Part shown: positions 12,003 to 24,537 of the stretch, one piece after another
How the letters are laid out: each line of letters starts with the position of its first letter
How positions within the stretch are numbered: position 1 is the first letter of the stretch
Assembly (NCBI RefSeq): GCF_018350175.1
Contig: NC_058383.1
Coordinates: forward strand, 744,001 to 808,000
Length of the DNA: 64,000 nt
Source of the DNA: Felis catus
Taxonomy: Eukaryota
Direction of reading: 5' to 3'
The notes under the pieces: generated by a model
The model's database searches: none
What the model was told of the DNA's origin: nothing
The model's input: the letters and a program-made list of their open reading frames with translations, nothing else
Position numbers and translations under genes: made by a program

Positions 12003-13268
12003 GTGAGGCTGCGCGGGGGACGGAGCTTATGCTGAGGAGGGTGCTCGGCCCTGAGCAGGTGGGACCACCATCCACAAATCCTGCCGTGGAATCGGAAGCC
12101 TCGGGCTTGCCTGGCTCGGCTGACCGGAAGCGTGGAAGGGCGTGTGGGACGAGTTGCTCGTGAGGCAGCCTCGGGGACGCAGGGAATTTCAGATTCCCTC
12201 CAACTGCCGCCTGTCGTTGTGTCTCAGGGGTGACAGCTGCAGACAGACAGACGGACACGTGTAACCTCGCCTCCCGTCTGTGGTAAACACGTAGGTGACT
12301 GACCGTCTAGAGAGAAAATAGCATCGTGTGTCCTGTTTAATCACAGGCCAGCTTTACAGAACTACTTCTGTTCTCTCAGCTCTGGGTCTAGGCTTTAAAT
12401 GCTCTACTGACGTCCAGTTCCCCTTGGGCTCCAGGGACCTTTTGGGGGGTGTGTCTTCCTCCTACAGCCGTGCACAGATCTCTGGGGCTCACCTATGGAG
12501 GAGGCGTGCCGGGAAGGCTCACAAAGCCACAGGCCCCGTGTCCGGGAAGCCCCCCGCCCTCCCCTTCCTTTCTTGGGCATCTGAACTTTGTTTTCTTTCA
12601 TTTAAAGACAACCTTTCCACTTTTCCAAAGGGCACATACCTCAGCAGGCGGCTTGTCACCTTAAAGCCACACACACTAGCAAGAGCCGAATCCACGTGCC
12701 TGGGACCCACGGGAAGGAAACCGAGCAGCCGCCAGGTTGTAGGCACAGGCTGCTGGGAGGTGGCTGCCGGCCCATCTCCTATCCCCTGGCCTGCTGTCAC
12801 CTCTGTCATCACTGTCACCACCGGAAGGCCTGGTCACAGGGTGGCCTCGGGCAAGCATAGTTTATGTCCCTCAGTTCAGTGCCCTGCAGCCCCCAGGTGC
12901 CCTTGTTCCTCACAGATCGAGCTCTCCCACCGCAGGGGGCCTGAGGACCCCAGGAGAAGCCTTGTGCAGCCTGGGGGCACGGCGGCTGAATCTCTCATAA
13001 ATGCAAGTCTGTTCTTTGTCGTCCAGATGGCGCCAACCCAGAGTGAACAGTAGCCGTCAGACGGGCCCCTGCAGTCCTAGCCCCCGCGGGCGCTCCAGGG
13101 GCTCTGTCGTGTCGCGCGTCCTCCACGGTGGAGGTGGAGCGCTCGCGGTCGGCCGGGTCATCCTAGCCCGTCGTGTGACAGAGCGCTCTCTGATGATGAC
13201 GATTGGTCTCCCCTGGGCTTTTGAGCCTTAGGAGTGGGGTTTCCCCAGCCAGTGACTCGCATTTCCAG

Positions 13269-13437
13269 GTCCGGGAGACCATGGACGCGCTGGCCACGGC
13301 ACAGGACATCGACGGACGCCAGGATCTGTACCGGGAGCACGCGGGCCCCCTCGTGGAGTGGCTGGCCGCGTCGCACCACGACTGGACCATCCACTCATCA
13401 GAGCTTCTGCAGTTCGTCGTGGTGGTCAACCACGCAG
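13269..13437 (+). CDS. DNAAF5: DNAAF5 exon 8, 169 nt
   Basis: atttccag| ... GCAG|gtgagc. Encodes VRETMDALATAQDIDGRQDLYREHAGPLVEWLAASHHDWTIHSSELLQFVVVVNHA(G). Phase 0 to 1. Confidence 0.95.
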
Positions 13438-13485
13438 GTGAGCTCCCGAAACTGTGTAATGTGGCCCTTGAAAGTCTGCCCGGCA

Positions 13486-13654
13486 GGGGCACCTGGGTGG
13501 CTCAGGTCATGATCTCACAGTTTGTGAGTTCGAGCCCCACATCGGGGTCTGTGCTGACAGCTCAGAGCCTGGAGCTGCTTCGGCTTGTGTGTGTTTGTGT
13601 GTGTGTCTCTCTCTCTGCCCCTCCCCCCCGAAGTAAACAAAAACGTAAAGAAAA
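13486..13654 (+). mobile_element. Carnivore SINE with internal deletion, 48 nt after the exon 8 donor
   Basis: TSD gaaagtctgcc(c/a)ggca at 13470-13485 and 13655-13670. Confidence 0.88.
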
Positions 13655-15407
13655 GAAAGTCTGCCAGGCATACGGTGTTTACGTTAAGCCTCGGAGGCGT
13701 GCTTATCATGGCCTTGGGCGCAGTGTGTTCTTCGCACAGTCCACAGTGTCCCTGCAGAGCCTCACGCGTGGCGTGGGCCTCTGCGGTCCAGTGTCTTCAG
13801 GCCCTTCCCCGCCGGGCCGTGGGGTGGGTGAAAGAACGTCCCTTAGGCAGAGCTTATGCTCAGACCCGTGCCTTCTCCCTGCCTCGGGACGTCCGTAGAG
13901 GTCTCACCGGACAGATTTCATTTTAAAAGATGAGTCTTAAAAAAAAAAAAAAAAAAAAGATCTTAGACTCTGAACGGCAGCTCCCTCCCCAGCTTAGAAA
14001 ACGGCCAGAGGCCGCGTCCCAAGGCTCCGGAACCGAAAACCTGTGCACCCTTGAGGCCGGCCAATCAGGAAGAGGGGACGCGGCCTCGGTGCGCTTTTCC
14101 AAGTGCTTTCTCAGAGTGTCGATGGCGTGTTTCTCTGTCCTGTGTCCGGAAGCGTCCTGCTTCACACGCGCTGTGCTCGGGCGGCGTTCATCGCCAGGTG
14201 CCCGCACCCCACGCGGCGCCGTCCCACTGAGAGCACGCCGCTGCGCCCCCGGGTCTGTTCGGTGTCGGCGTTCTTCCCATAGGACGCTCCCGTTTACGTG
14301 TCTCGTTACGCCGTCAGCCGTGACAGACACCCTGCTGTCTGGAGGAGACTTTGTTTTTATGGAGCGTGTTCAACAGACCGGACTTGTTCAAAACGGCGTT
14401 TGGTGCCTGGATAGCAATGAGGGGACAGTGATGCACGTGAGCGGAAAGTGTCTTTATAGGAGGGGCCGGAAGATGCTCCCTGAAACCCCTCTCTCCTCTC
14501 GCTCCTGCACTCTGTCTTCCGTGAAAACGCGGCCTCGGGAGACCGGGGTCTCTTCCCGGAAGATCGCTCCCTCCTCCTGCGGTGAGAGGTCTGGGGCTCC
14601 GTCTTCCGTGCGATCTCCAAGGAAAACAAACCCCAGAGGGTGTGAGCAGACCCGGTGCCCACCGGTGCTGGCAGTGTCCTGCCCCTGGGCCACGTCCTCC
14701 TCCTGCCTTTGTTTCTCTTTCTCCCCCAGACCCACACCTGCCCTCGGATTAATGCGCGGCCTTGCGTTTCCGTCTTGCAGCTTTGACGCCGAGTGTGCAA
14801 CAGTGCATCTGGGCCTTGCCGTGGGACGAGCAAGCGCATCGTGAGCAGGGTGGCTGGGAGAGGGCCCGCCTGGAGGGGAGGGCGCTCCGTGACCCGGGTC
14901 CGTGCAACCCGAGCGCGTGTCTGCACCCCGGGGACTCTTTATTCCAATCACGACTCGATGCCCTTCCAGATACTAAGGCTCGTTGCCCGTGTGTGAGGCC
15001 CGCGGTCCCGGGGAAGCCGCGCAGGCACCTGTCCAGCAGCAGCTCGGGAAGGGCGGTGGCTGCCGAGTGTAGGGGCAAATATTAAACACCGTACGTGTTC
15101 TGAATAATTTACCTTGGTTGATCTTTAAAGTGTTGCTTGACTGTAACATTTTTTTTCTTAAGAATCTGGGAAAACATGAGGAAATAGAAAGTCGCCGTAT
15201 TGAACAATTAGCACGATTTGGGGGTTAAGTGTTTGCTTTTACAGGGACACCCTCGATCCAGAAAGGAGAGGAAGGTGGTGGACGGGCCATAACCGCCCCT
15301 GTGCCCACGGCCCCTCCCCGGCACCCGGCGCCGACCCGGCGGCGGGGTGGGGGCTGCGTCGTCCCACGAGCAGGAGCCGTGGGAACCGTGAGCTGTGTGT
15401 TTTCCAG

Positions 15408-15555
15408 GCCCGGCGCTGGGAGAAGTGCTCCCCCACCTGGTGCCCGTCCTCAGGAGCTGCCTCCAGCCCGCCCGGGACCCGCAGATGCGCCTGCGGCTCT
15501 TCTCCTCCCTGTCGCGGGTGCTGCTGAGCGCAAAGCAGACAGTCGACTCCCAGGG
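15408..15555 (+). CDS. DNAAF5: DNAAF5 exon 9, 148 nt
   Basis: gtgttttccag| ... CAGGG|gtaggt. Manual translation (G)[48 protein letters not shown](G); this frame is absent from the ORF track. Phase 1 to 2. Confidence 0.94.
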
Positions 15556-17884
15556 GTAGGTGTGCCCGGCCTCCAGCCTCTGCGGGTGCTCTCAGGTGGG
15601 AGCTGGGGTCACCCCGGGCTCTGGCGCTGGCCGCGGGAGCGAGCACCCGCCCGGACAGACACGAAGTCTACGTCGTTTCCACGTGGCCATTAAAATTCCA
15701 TCGAACGAAGAGGTTGTAGGGAACATTAACTGTTAATGGTTTATACGTTAGCTATTCTCAGTTTTAAATGCCTTTGGTACCTGTGAAACCTAACAGAGAA
15801 TGGGCTGAATCGCCATTAGTGGCTAAAGCGTGAGGAAAACCCTGTTGCCAGCAAGGACTTAGGGCAGCAAACCCATGACGGGCCGGCGGCAGACCCTGGC
15901 TGGTCGGGCGCCGCGTGGGTGCACCTCGCCCCCAGGCCCCCAGCGGCTGGGTGGGCGGTAAGGCATGTGGGGATCCTGTCCCCTCAGAAGGAGCACGTCC
16001 TGCCATGTCACGAGTGTGCTGGGACCTTTCCCTGGGGCTCCTCCTCTCCCCGGGCTCTGCTGGCCCATCCGCGGGCAGGGAATCCTGTCTGCTGCTCCTC
16101 TGCCCAAGCTTCCAGCTTACAAGGGCCATAAAGAGACGATGTTGGCCCGCAGGCCTCCCGGCAGGGGAGCTTCCCGTGGATAAGCCGCAAGGGCGCGGGC
16201 CAGCTGGCGCCTCACAGCCTGTGCTCCCCCACGACCTCGCGAGGGGCCTCAACAAGCCCCCGGGCACGGGGAGCCCTGGGGATGCACTGCCAACCCTCTT
16301 CTGCCAGAACGTGTTCGCCGGCCGCCCGCGGGTCCCGACCTGAGGCCGAGGTGGCCGAACACGGGCGCTGATCGGCTGCCCTGAGTCCTTGGCCTCACGA
16401 TGTCCTACTGAAGCGCCAAGTCGGGCTCCTCAGTTTGAGGAGGTGCTGTTTTGGGGACCCTCCATGGACGGGTTGCTCCCTCCACAGAGCGCCCCCAGCG
16501 TGGGCCCTTGGTGCCGGCCCCCACCTGTCCTGGGTTTGGTTATTGCTCTTGGTGGTCCCTGCACCCCCAATCCTGTGGCCTCTGCTCCCCAGGGCGTCTG
16601 TGGAGACGCGACAGACCTTGCTGGCCACCACCTGGGCTCTGCCCGCTCCTCGAGTCGACTGGGGACTGGGGGAGGGGAGCCAGCAGCGGTAGGAGGTCTG
16701 TCTTCAGACCCCAGCGGGGACCTTGCTTTGCGCAATGGAGCTGCTCCGCAAAGTCAGGCCCTGGGTCGCTGCCTGTCTCCCACGGCAGAGCGGCAGCCTG
16801 GCCAGCAAGTGGTCCTCGCTTTTCCAGCCACTTCACCTGACGCCTCAGAGGACAGGACTGTTGGGTCTTTCCACAGAGCCCCCTTGTAAATCATTTTGCG
16901 GGAAATAGCAGCCCTTTGTGTAAAAATTAAAGCACGTTAAAAACCTAACTGTGTGAGTGTGTGCGTGTGTGTGTGAGCGAGCATGTGTGTGCGTGTGTGT
17001 GCAAGTCCAGAACCAGATTTGCCGCGTACCTACATCTCTGGCTCTTGGATGCCCCCTGCTGGAAGCAAGCAGGTGGAGCCTTCCCCAGAAGGGACAGTCC
17101 CTGAGTGAGGATCCAGGCAGCAGAGAGGGACAGAAGCAGAGGCCGGAGGGCAGGGTGCAGGGAGAGCCTCGGTACCACGCAGCTCTGGCCTCGCCTTGGA
17201 GGCTACTACACCTTTTCGGTATTCCAGAACAGCTGGTATTTGAGACGTGAGCCACCTTTGAAATACACTTTGGAATAAGGTTCGGAAATAAGTTGATGAA
17301 TTACTCGTTCAAGCAAACGTGTTTCGGTCTAATGGTGGCAGCGCAGTGGGATTCGTGAGGATGCTCGGGCTTTTCTCTGGGTGCCTCTCAACGGGGTGCT
17401 CAGAGTGTGGCTCCGCAGCACGAGCCGCCCGGCACAGCAGGATGTGTGAGTTTACATCCAGACCAAGTGCCCAGACTGCTGGCAGGAACGTCCACATCTC
17501 TGTGACCGTGGCGCTCGGGCCCTGGGTGCAGAGGGGAGCGTGCCCACGGGGGGGGTGTCGGGTGTGCGTGCATAGGATGGCCACACGTGCAGATGACTTT
17601 GCTGGCCTGGTCAATGTGCCCGGTGACCTCACGTCTCCTCTTTTAGAGCCCAGCAGAGATGGGTGGGGCCCCCACAGCCTCACCCCTGCGGGGGCGGGGG
17701 GGTGCTCTGGAGGCTGCAGGCCCAGCAGAGGCCAGCAGGAGCTGGGAAGGCCGCTGGCTCTCCCCCCGGCCCCCTCTCCCCTGCAGGGAGGGCTCCCGTC
17801 CCAGGGAGGCAGCCGTCCTCCTATTCCGGCTCCCCTCTGCCCCGCGCGCTCGCCTTCACCTGCTATCTCATGTGTCCACCCCAG

Positions 17885-18035
17885 GCATTTTCACCACTAC
17901 CTCGACACTGTGACGAAGGACATCTTGGTCCCCAATCTGCAGTGGCACGCAGGGAAGACGGCTGCAGCCATCCGCACGGCAGCCGTGTCCTGCCTCTGGG
18001 CGCTCATCAGCAGTGAGGTCCTGTCGGACGAGCAG
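17885..18035 (+). CDS. DNAAF5: DNAAF5 exon 10, 151 nt
   Basis: tccaccccag| ... GAGCAG|gtgggg. Encodes (G)[50 protein letters not shown]. Phase 2 to 0. Confidence 0.96.
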
Positions 18036-18510
18036 GTGGGGCTCCCAGGGACACCTGCCGGGGGGCGGGGGGTGGGGACACACACGTGTAGCCGCCAGAC
18101 ACTGCTTTCCGAAACCGACAGGGGAGGGAGCCTGGGGCCGCGGGCGAGGGCAGGGCACCACCGGCCATCGTGACCCGTAGCATTTTGTTTTGATCAGCTG
18201 GGGCTGCCGTTAGGTGTATGTATTGATATGTATTGAACGTGGCTCTTTACGGAGCAGAGAACGTATGCAGAGAACATATGCACAGAACTCTCCCTGAGCT
18301 TGGCCGATCTCGGGGTTTCTGCGCTACTGTTACTCCACCTGCGCAACGGGATCAGGGAAACGGGGGGCGAGGGGCAGCTGTCGGAAGGCCTTGCTGTTGC
18401 TCTGCGCTCGGCCCCAGGTCTGCAGGCATCCGGCCAGGTGTTCATCTAGTGTGTGAGCTCCACCTCCTGGTCCACTGAACTGCCATGAGTTTTTTTAAAG
18501 TAGGTTTTGT

Positions 18511-18738
18511 GGGGCGCCTGGGTGGGGCAGTCGGTTAAGCGTCCGACTTCAGCCAGGTCACGATCTCGCGGTCCGTGAGTTCGAGTCCCGCGTCGGGCTC
18601 TGGGCTGATGGCTCAGAGCCTGGAGCCTGTTTCTGATTCTGTGTCTCCCTCTCTCTCTGCCCTTCCCCCGTTCATGCTCTGTCTCTCTCTGTCCCAAAAA
18701 TAAATAAACGTTGAAAAAAAAATAAATATATAAAAAAA
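18511..18738 (+). mobile_element. Young SINEC_Fc-type SINE
   Basis: Full length; perfect 15-bp TSD taaagtaggttttgt at 18496-18510 and 18739-18753. Confidence 0.95.
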
Positions 18739-18759
18739 TAAAGTAGGTTTTGTTTTACT

Positions 18760-19130
18760 GATTTATTTAAACTTAAATCCAAGTAGTTAACATGTAGCGT
18801 AATAGTGATTTCAGGAATAGAACTTAGCGATTTATCACTTACGTATCGCACCCGGTGTTCATCCCAACGAGTGCCCTCTTTAACGTCCCTTCGCCCATTT
18901 AGCCCATCCCCCCACCCAACACCCCGCCAGCAACCCTCAGTTTGTTCTCTGTATTTAAGAGTCTCTTACAGTTTGCCTCCCTCTCTGTTTTTATCTTATT
19001 TTTCCTTCCCTTCTTCTATGTTCATTTGTTTTTTAAATTCCACACGAGTGAAATCGTGTGATACTTGTCTTTCTCTGACTGCCTTATTTGGCTTAGCATG
19101 ATATGTCTGGTTCCATCCACGTTGTTGCAA
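18760..19130 (-). mobile_element. Carnivore L1 3' end fragment
   Basis: Homologous to the L1 3' UTR at ~905-1530 (ttaaattccaca..agtgaa, tttctctgact, ttagcat). Confidence 0.8.
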
Positions 19131-19299
19131 ACGTGAACCACCATGATTTGAGTTAAAACGTCCCCCAAATTGTATGGACACAACATGTAGCCACGCTAGC
19201 AAGGAGCAGGCTGTAGGCTTGTCTCCACGGCTTTGTGAGCGATGGGCTTGTCCACTGACCAAGTTAAACAAAACTGTTCAACTGTTCATCTAGATTTTA

Positions 19300-19516
19300 T
19301 TTCTTTTTTAGTGTTTATTTATTTTTGAGAGAGAGAGACAGAAATGCGAGCAGGGGAGGGGCAGAGAGAGAGGGAGACACAGCATCAGAAGCAGGCTCCA
19401 GGCTCTGAGCTGTCAGCACAGAGCCCGACGTGGGGCTTGAACTTGAAAACCACGAGATCGTGACACGAACTGAAGTCGAAGTCGGACGCTTAACCGACTG
19501 AGCCCCCCAGGCGCCC
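19300..19516 (-). mobile_element. Carnivore SINE
   Basis: Typical body; flanking duplicated tcatctagatttta at 19286-19299 and 19521-19534. Confidence 0.9.
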
Positions 19517-19705
19517 TAAGTCATCTAGATTTTAAAATCAAGGTTTGAGTTCTCATATAAAAATCTTAAAAACATTCCAGACTCCTTTATATCTGTACGA
19601 GAGCCAAGCTCCTTCCATCATGGGCAGCGTGTGCACAGAGAGGGACCAGCGCTGTCACCTCCGGGACAGAGCCGATCAGGACCCTCCTCTGTCTTCCGAT
19701 TACAG

Positions 19706-19862
19706 ATCCGGAAAGTTCAGGAGACACTGATGCCGCAGATTCTAACCTCCCTGGAAGAAGATTCCCAGATGACTCGATTAATTTCGTGCCAAATCATCAA
19801 CACATTTCTAAAGACCTCCGGTGGTGTGGCTGATGCCGACAAGCTCATCAAGGTTTATCCTG
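19706..19862 (+). CDS. DNAAF5: DNAAF5 exon 11, 157 nt
   Basis: cttccgattacag| ... CCTG|gtacga. Encodes IRKVQETLMPQILTSLEEDSQMTRLISCQIINTFLKTSGGVADADKLIKVYP(E). Phase 0 to 1. Confidence 0.96.
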
Positions 19863-20414
19863 GTACGATGCTTTTCTTTCCCGAACTGTGTGGGTCTGTT
19901 TCTTCTAGAGGGAGATGGAAGCTGGTACTTGGACTTCTGGTCGGCCTGGGGCCAGGAGTCCAGATGCAGCCGTGACCGGTGAGCCGTCACTGAACAGAGA
20001 GCGAGGCAGGCGGCCCGTGCCCAGGCAGTGGGGCCCCGCACCCCCACCCCAGAGCAGGCGCTGCAGCCAGGCCAGGGTGCGAGGACGGGCGCGGCAAGAG
20101 CTTCTGCGGCAGCCGTGCCTTCCGTCCCGCGTCTCCGCCTCTTTGGAGCCTCAGCACCGGGCGAGTCCCAGATCAGAAGCAGAGGAACAACCCCCACCCC
20201 GGCCCCGAGCAGAGTAGCAAACGCAGAGGATTCCTAAGAACACAGAGAAAACCGCGTTGAGGAGGAGAACAAGGATCCCAACGCTGCAGGGATAGATGTT
20301 CTAGAGCCCAGCTCAGAGCTCAGACAAAAACGCAAACGGGACGAAGCTGCAGATAAGAAGGAGCCCGGCAGACGCTCTAGGCTTGTGCACGCCAACTGGA
20401 GGGAGGGTCCTGTG

Positions 20415-20482
20415 GAGGAAGAAGAGGAGGAGGAAGAGGTAGGGGAGGTGGAGGAGGAAGAGGAGGAGGAGGAGGAGGAGGG
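20415..20482. repeat. (GAG)n-rich purine tract
   Basis: gaggaagaagaggaggaggaagagg...gaggaggaggaggaggagg. Confidence 0.85.
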
Positions 20483-22244
20483 GGGCGGTCAGCCTCAGGT
20501 GGGGCGTGCAGCGTCTGTGGGCGCACCTGTGGCTGGTCTCCACGGCCCATCATAGCCGCACTGGGCTGTCCTCTGTGCCGCAGCGTTTAGCTGATGTAGT
20601 GATTCCTAAAAGGTGGTTTTCAGAAGTCCCAAAAATGAAAAGTCCCTGAAGTTCAGAGCTGGAGCCACTGGGTGCACAAGACGGAGCGTGGTGGGGACGG
20701 GATTCGTGAGCGGAGTCCACTCGGGACGCCGTGAGAGGAAGACACGCGTCTGCGGGGAGAGGGGCTCCAGCGCTCCCAGCTCCGGGGGGAGGGATGGACG
20801 GCTGATACCGGCAGAGGTGGTGGCTCAGAATATTCCGGAACTGCAGGTGGTGCATCTTGATGCTGAGCCGGAAGCCGCCTGCTGAAATGCAGAGTTGAAG
20901 TCCCCTTTCTCACGCGTTCTTGCAAGTTTCTTTTCACTTTTTGTGTTTACTTTTGTGACAACAAACACCGTATTCCTCCCGGCGACCCTTACAGTTCTGT
21001 TTGTGCCAAGTCAGTTGGTGACTGTCAGAGTCCGTTGGGATTTTGCTCACATCTAAAAAGAGCCAGCGAAAAGATTACACATATCTGGGCTTTGGGGGTT
21101 GTTTTCATGCAAAAGGATTTCCTCGCGGGCTCCTTTCTCGGGACCAGTTCAGGGCCCTGGGTGGCGATGTGTTTCCAGAGGGCAGGACGCCCCGAGGTCT
21201 GTCGTATGGAGGCTGCATGTGCACCCAGCACGGGCCCCAAGAGAGCCACCCTTTGTTCCAAGCCCACAGTTGCACGTGACGGCTGACCCCAATCACAAAA
21301 GTGAATTTCCAGGCCACTTCTTAAAACTCGGGAATTACCGTCAGAGGAAAACACGCCATGCCAGAGTCGGCCTGAGCCGGAGGGAGTGAGGACGTGGGAG
21401 GAGTCCCTGCGGGACTCGGGTGGTGGTGTGCCCGCCAGGCCACCGTCCCAGGACTGGGTGAGGCCCAGACCCTTAGGAAAACCCTTCTGCCATGAGCTAG
21501 TGCCCGGCAGGAGGCCACAGTGCCACGAGCCCACAGCCCTGCCTGCTCACTTCCGGGGGCCGGGCCTCCCACCACCTGGGGCTGCAGCCCTGCTCCCTGC
21601 CCCCGGCTACCTCTTGCCCTGCTCACGGAGTGCCCCAGCGACTGCTGAGTCTCCAGAGACACCCGGCCACAGGGCCAGGGATTTCTCACAGTTTGGGGGA
21701 GAAAAGTAAACATTTGATAAAAACCTCACCGGTGAACGGTGAGTTTCTGCTAACTGGAGAGGTGGTTCCTGTTTTCAGCAGCCGAGTGGTCTGGCTCAGA
21801 GCTCAGCAGAAACAACTGATACAGGTGGTGGCGATCATGTCGCTGGGGCACGAGCTCTGTCCCTAGAGCCCAGTTGGGAGGGCGGTGTGTACATCCAGGG
21901 GACGGGCAGCCAGGGTGTGATGCCCATGGTGACAGACGGAGCATCTTGGAGCCACAGAGAGCCCGGGGCACCTGGCAGGTGAGACAGGGAGAGCAGCTCA
22001 GGCCTGCCCACCCCTCCTCCCACCCGGCCCAGGGTCCACCCTGTGGCCAGTGCGGTCAAGGGGTCCGGCACACTGGGAGCCGCCCCCAGCCCCTGGCACG
22101 CGAGCACCAGTCTCCCCACAGGATGGGTTTACCATGGCCCGAGGGCGAGTGCCCCAGGGGTGGGGTCAGGTCCCCACTCTGGAAGCTCCAGTGCTCCGTC
22201 TGTGCCGGCCTCTGTCTCACTGTCCCATCCGGCCCTTCCTCCAG

Positions 22245-22439
22245 AGCTCCTGAAGCGTCTGGACGACGTCTCCCACGAAGTGAGGCTCGCGGCCACCTCC
22301 GCCTTGGTCACGTGGCTGGCGTGTGTCAGAAGCGACGACGACGTGAAGTCCTGCTACCAGAGCCACATTCAGTTCCTGTACAGAGAGCTCCTCGTGTACC
22401 TCGATGACCCGGACGGCACTGTCCAGGATGCGGTTTTAG
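22245..22439 (+). CDS. DNAAF5: DNAAF5 exon 12, 195 nt
   Basis: cccttcctccag| ... TTAG|gtagga. Encodes (E)[64 protein letters not shown](E). Phase 1 to 1. Confidence 0.96.
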
Positions 22440-22734
22440 GTAGGAGTCTCCACCACGTGTGCTGCATCATGAAGGCTGTCCCCAGAGCGTGGACGCGGCT
22501 TCTCACAGCCGAGTCATGGGCTGGCCACATGAGGGCGGGGGGCAGGGCCACGGCCTCAGGGCCTCTGTGGACTGGCCTCCTGGTGGGTTACAGCCCTCGA
22601 AACTTACCGCGGTAGAAGTTACAGTGGAGAAAAATCTTAGGTGTCTATTAATTTGTTTAGAATGACTATAAATCCATCATATATTAACATAATGTGTGGT
22701 TATGAAACATAGGTTTTCTTCTTCTTTTTAAAAC

Positions 22735-22946
22735 TTTTTTAGTGTCTATTTCTTTAGTGTCTTTCTTTGAGAAAGAGAGCTGGCACGGGGGAGGGAGTAG
22801 AGAGAGAGGGAGACCCCGAATCCAAAGCAGGTTCCAGCTTCTGAGTTGTCAGCACAGAGCCCAATGCAGGGCTTGAACCCACGAACCGTGAGAACATGAC
22901 CTGAGCCAAAGTCGGAAGCCGAACCGACAGAGCCCCAGGTGCCCCT
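22735..22946 (-). mobile_element. Carnivore SINE
   Basis: gagagagggagaccccgaatcc...gtcagcacagagccc...caggtgcccc. Confidence 0.85.
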
Positions 22947-24537
22947 GGAAGACGTATTTTCTAAGACAATAACACGCAGACAGAGGAGCGTCGCTTTACC
23001 TTTCCGCACGTCTTGGTAGAAGCAGCTGGGCGTTTGCGGCTTCCGCGTTCTTGACCGTGGTGCGTGTGGTCCAGGGAAGCGTGTGAAGGAACCTGGCCCC
23101 GGACAGGTACGCTGTCGGAGGCGGGGGTACCCGTTGTGTGTAACCACAGAGATGCCTTCATACCGCCCCGACCTGCCCAGGCGGTCGTTCCAGGGTCCAG
23201 CGGGGTTGACTCCGGCTACGTTCTCGCTTGTTGGTCGGTCCTGCACGTTGCCGTTTTGTCAGGCCGTGTCCAGAAGTCACGTTTGTCGGCATCGAGCTCA
23301 GAAAAGTCTCGGGAAGAAAAGTTGCAGGAAGCCGTTCAGCTGACGGCGTTGGAAACAAGTTACCGTGATTGTGGTTTCCGCTTGAAAGCTTAAATCTTCT
23401 CGTTGGCCACAAGTACCGTCACTCTGTTCGTTTTTGAGACGGTGTCCTGCCTGGTACCCAAGTGCGAGGAACCTGAGTCTTCGTGCTGTCGTGGAAGCGG
23501 CGTCCTGGGGGCCCAGGCACACCCCGCCGTGCCCCCGCCCCACCACGCAGGACACTCCGACGGCAGATGCCGCAGAGCAGGGACATCGGGTGTCGTCCCC
23601 AGAGCAGCACGAACAGTGTTGTGCCAAGAAGTAGATTTGAATGGAATTCCCAGCGATACTCCAATAACCCAAAGGAAGTCAAGAAAGGAGGCCAGGAAGA
23701 ACACAGAGACACGGCCAACCGGAGACAGACAGACCGGGTGCAGTCTCCGCTGCAGTCTCGTTGAACGTTAACGAGCTGGACGTTCCAGGTGAAAGGCAGA
23801 CAGTGTCAAGTCGGTGAGATGATCACGACTCAGCTGGGCTGCCTGAGAACTGATCTAACGGAAGAATCTTGACTGCTTTATCGAGGACATTCTTGAGGGT
23901 ACTTGGCAGCAGAAGGTTCACTGACCCTACAGCTGCCCGCCCTGCTTTGTGTCGCGCAGCGAGTCGGCGGCCTTGTCCGGGGGAGTCCCGGACACAGTTT
24001 TGACTCCCAGACCCCTGAGGGCCGTCCCCAGCGGGTGTGGGCGACAGCTGGGCAGTGTCGGGCGGGCGCTGGCAGTGTCGGGCTGGCTCCGCGGCCGTTC
24101 CCAGTGCGTGGGCTGGGTCCGGCCGCTTGGCCGGGTCCTCGCAGACCCCACCTCGCTCTCCTCTCTGCTCCCCCCCACCCCCACCGCCCCCGCCGGCGAG
24201 AGAGAGAACAGCTGTGTCCATCTTCCCTGGCCTGTAGCCTGGTTGCTGCGGAGGCCAGGGGTCCAGGGCCCAGGGGACCGGCGTGTACCCTGTGCGAGTG
24301 TCCTCTGCCTGCCAGAGCTGGCGGGACTCGAAGTGGCAGAGACGTTGGGGCAGGCCGACCACTCTGCTCCTCTGCTCCTGCACCCTGACCTCGGCGTGCA
24401 CCCTAACCTGGGTGCTCATGCGACGCCAGCTCTTAGCACGTCCCGCCCTTGCTGTCCCGGCGGCCAGCCGGCCGTGTTTAGAGTCCTGAGCTCCAAACGC
24501 CCCAGTTGCTCTGCTCCAGCAGACCAGGCACGTCTCC

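Noticed and set aside
13203..13898. 231-aa ORF extending exon 8 through a SINE
   Set aside because: DNAAF5 similarity stops at the canonical donor 13437; the rest is SINE and intron read-through.
13930..14844. 304-aa ATG-initiated intronic ORF
   Set aside because: Starts in a poly-A run, has no recognisable domain or promoter, and its composition is typical of GC-rich intron.
18511..18600. tRNA-like A/B box sequence as a tRNA gene
   Set aside because: It is the tRNA-derived head of a carnivore SINE, with body, tail and TSD; the same applies to the other copies.
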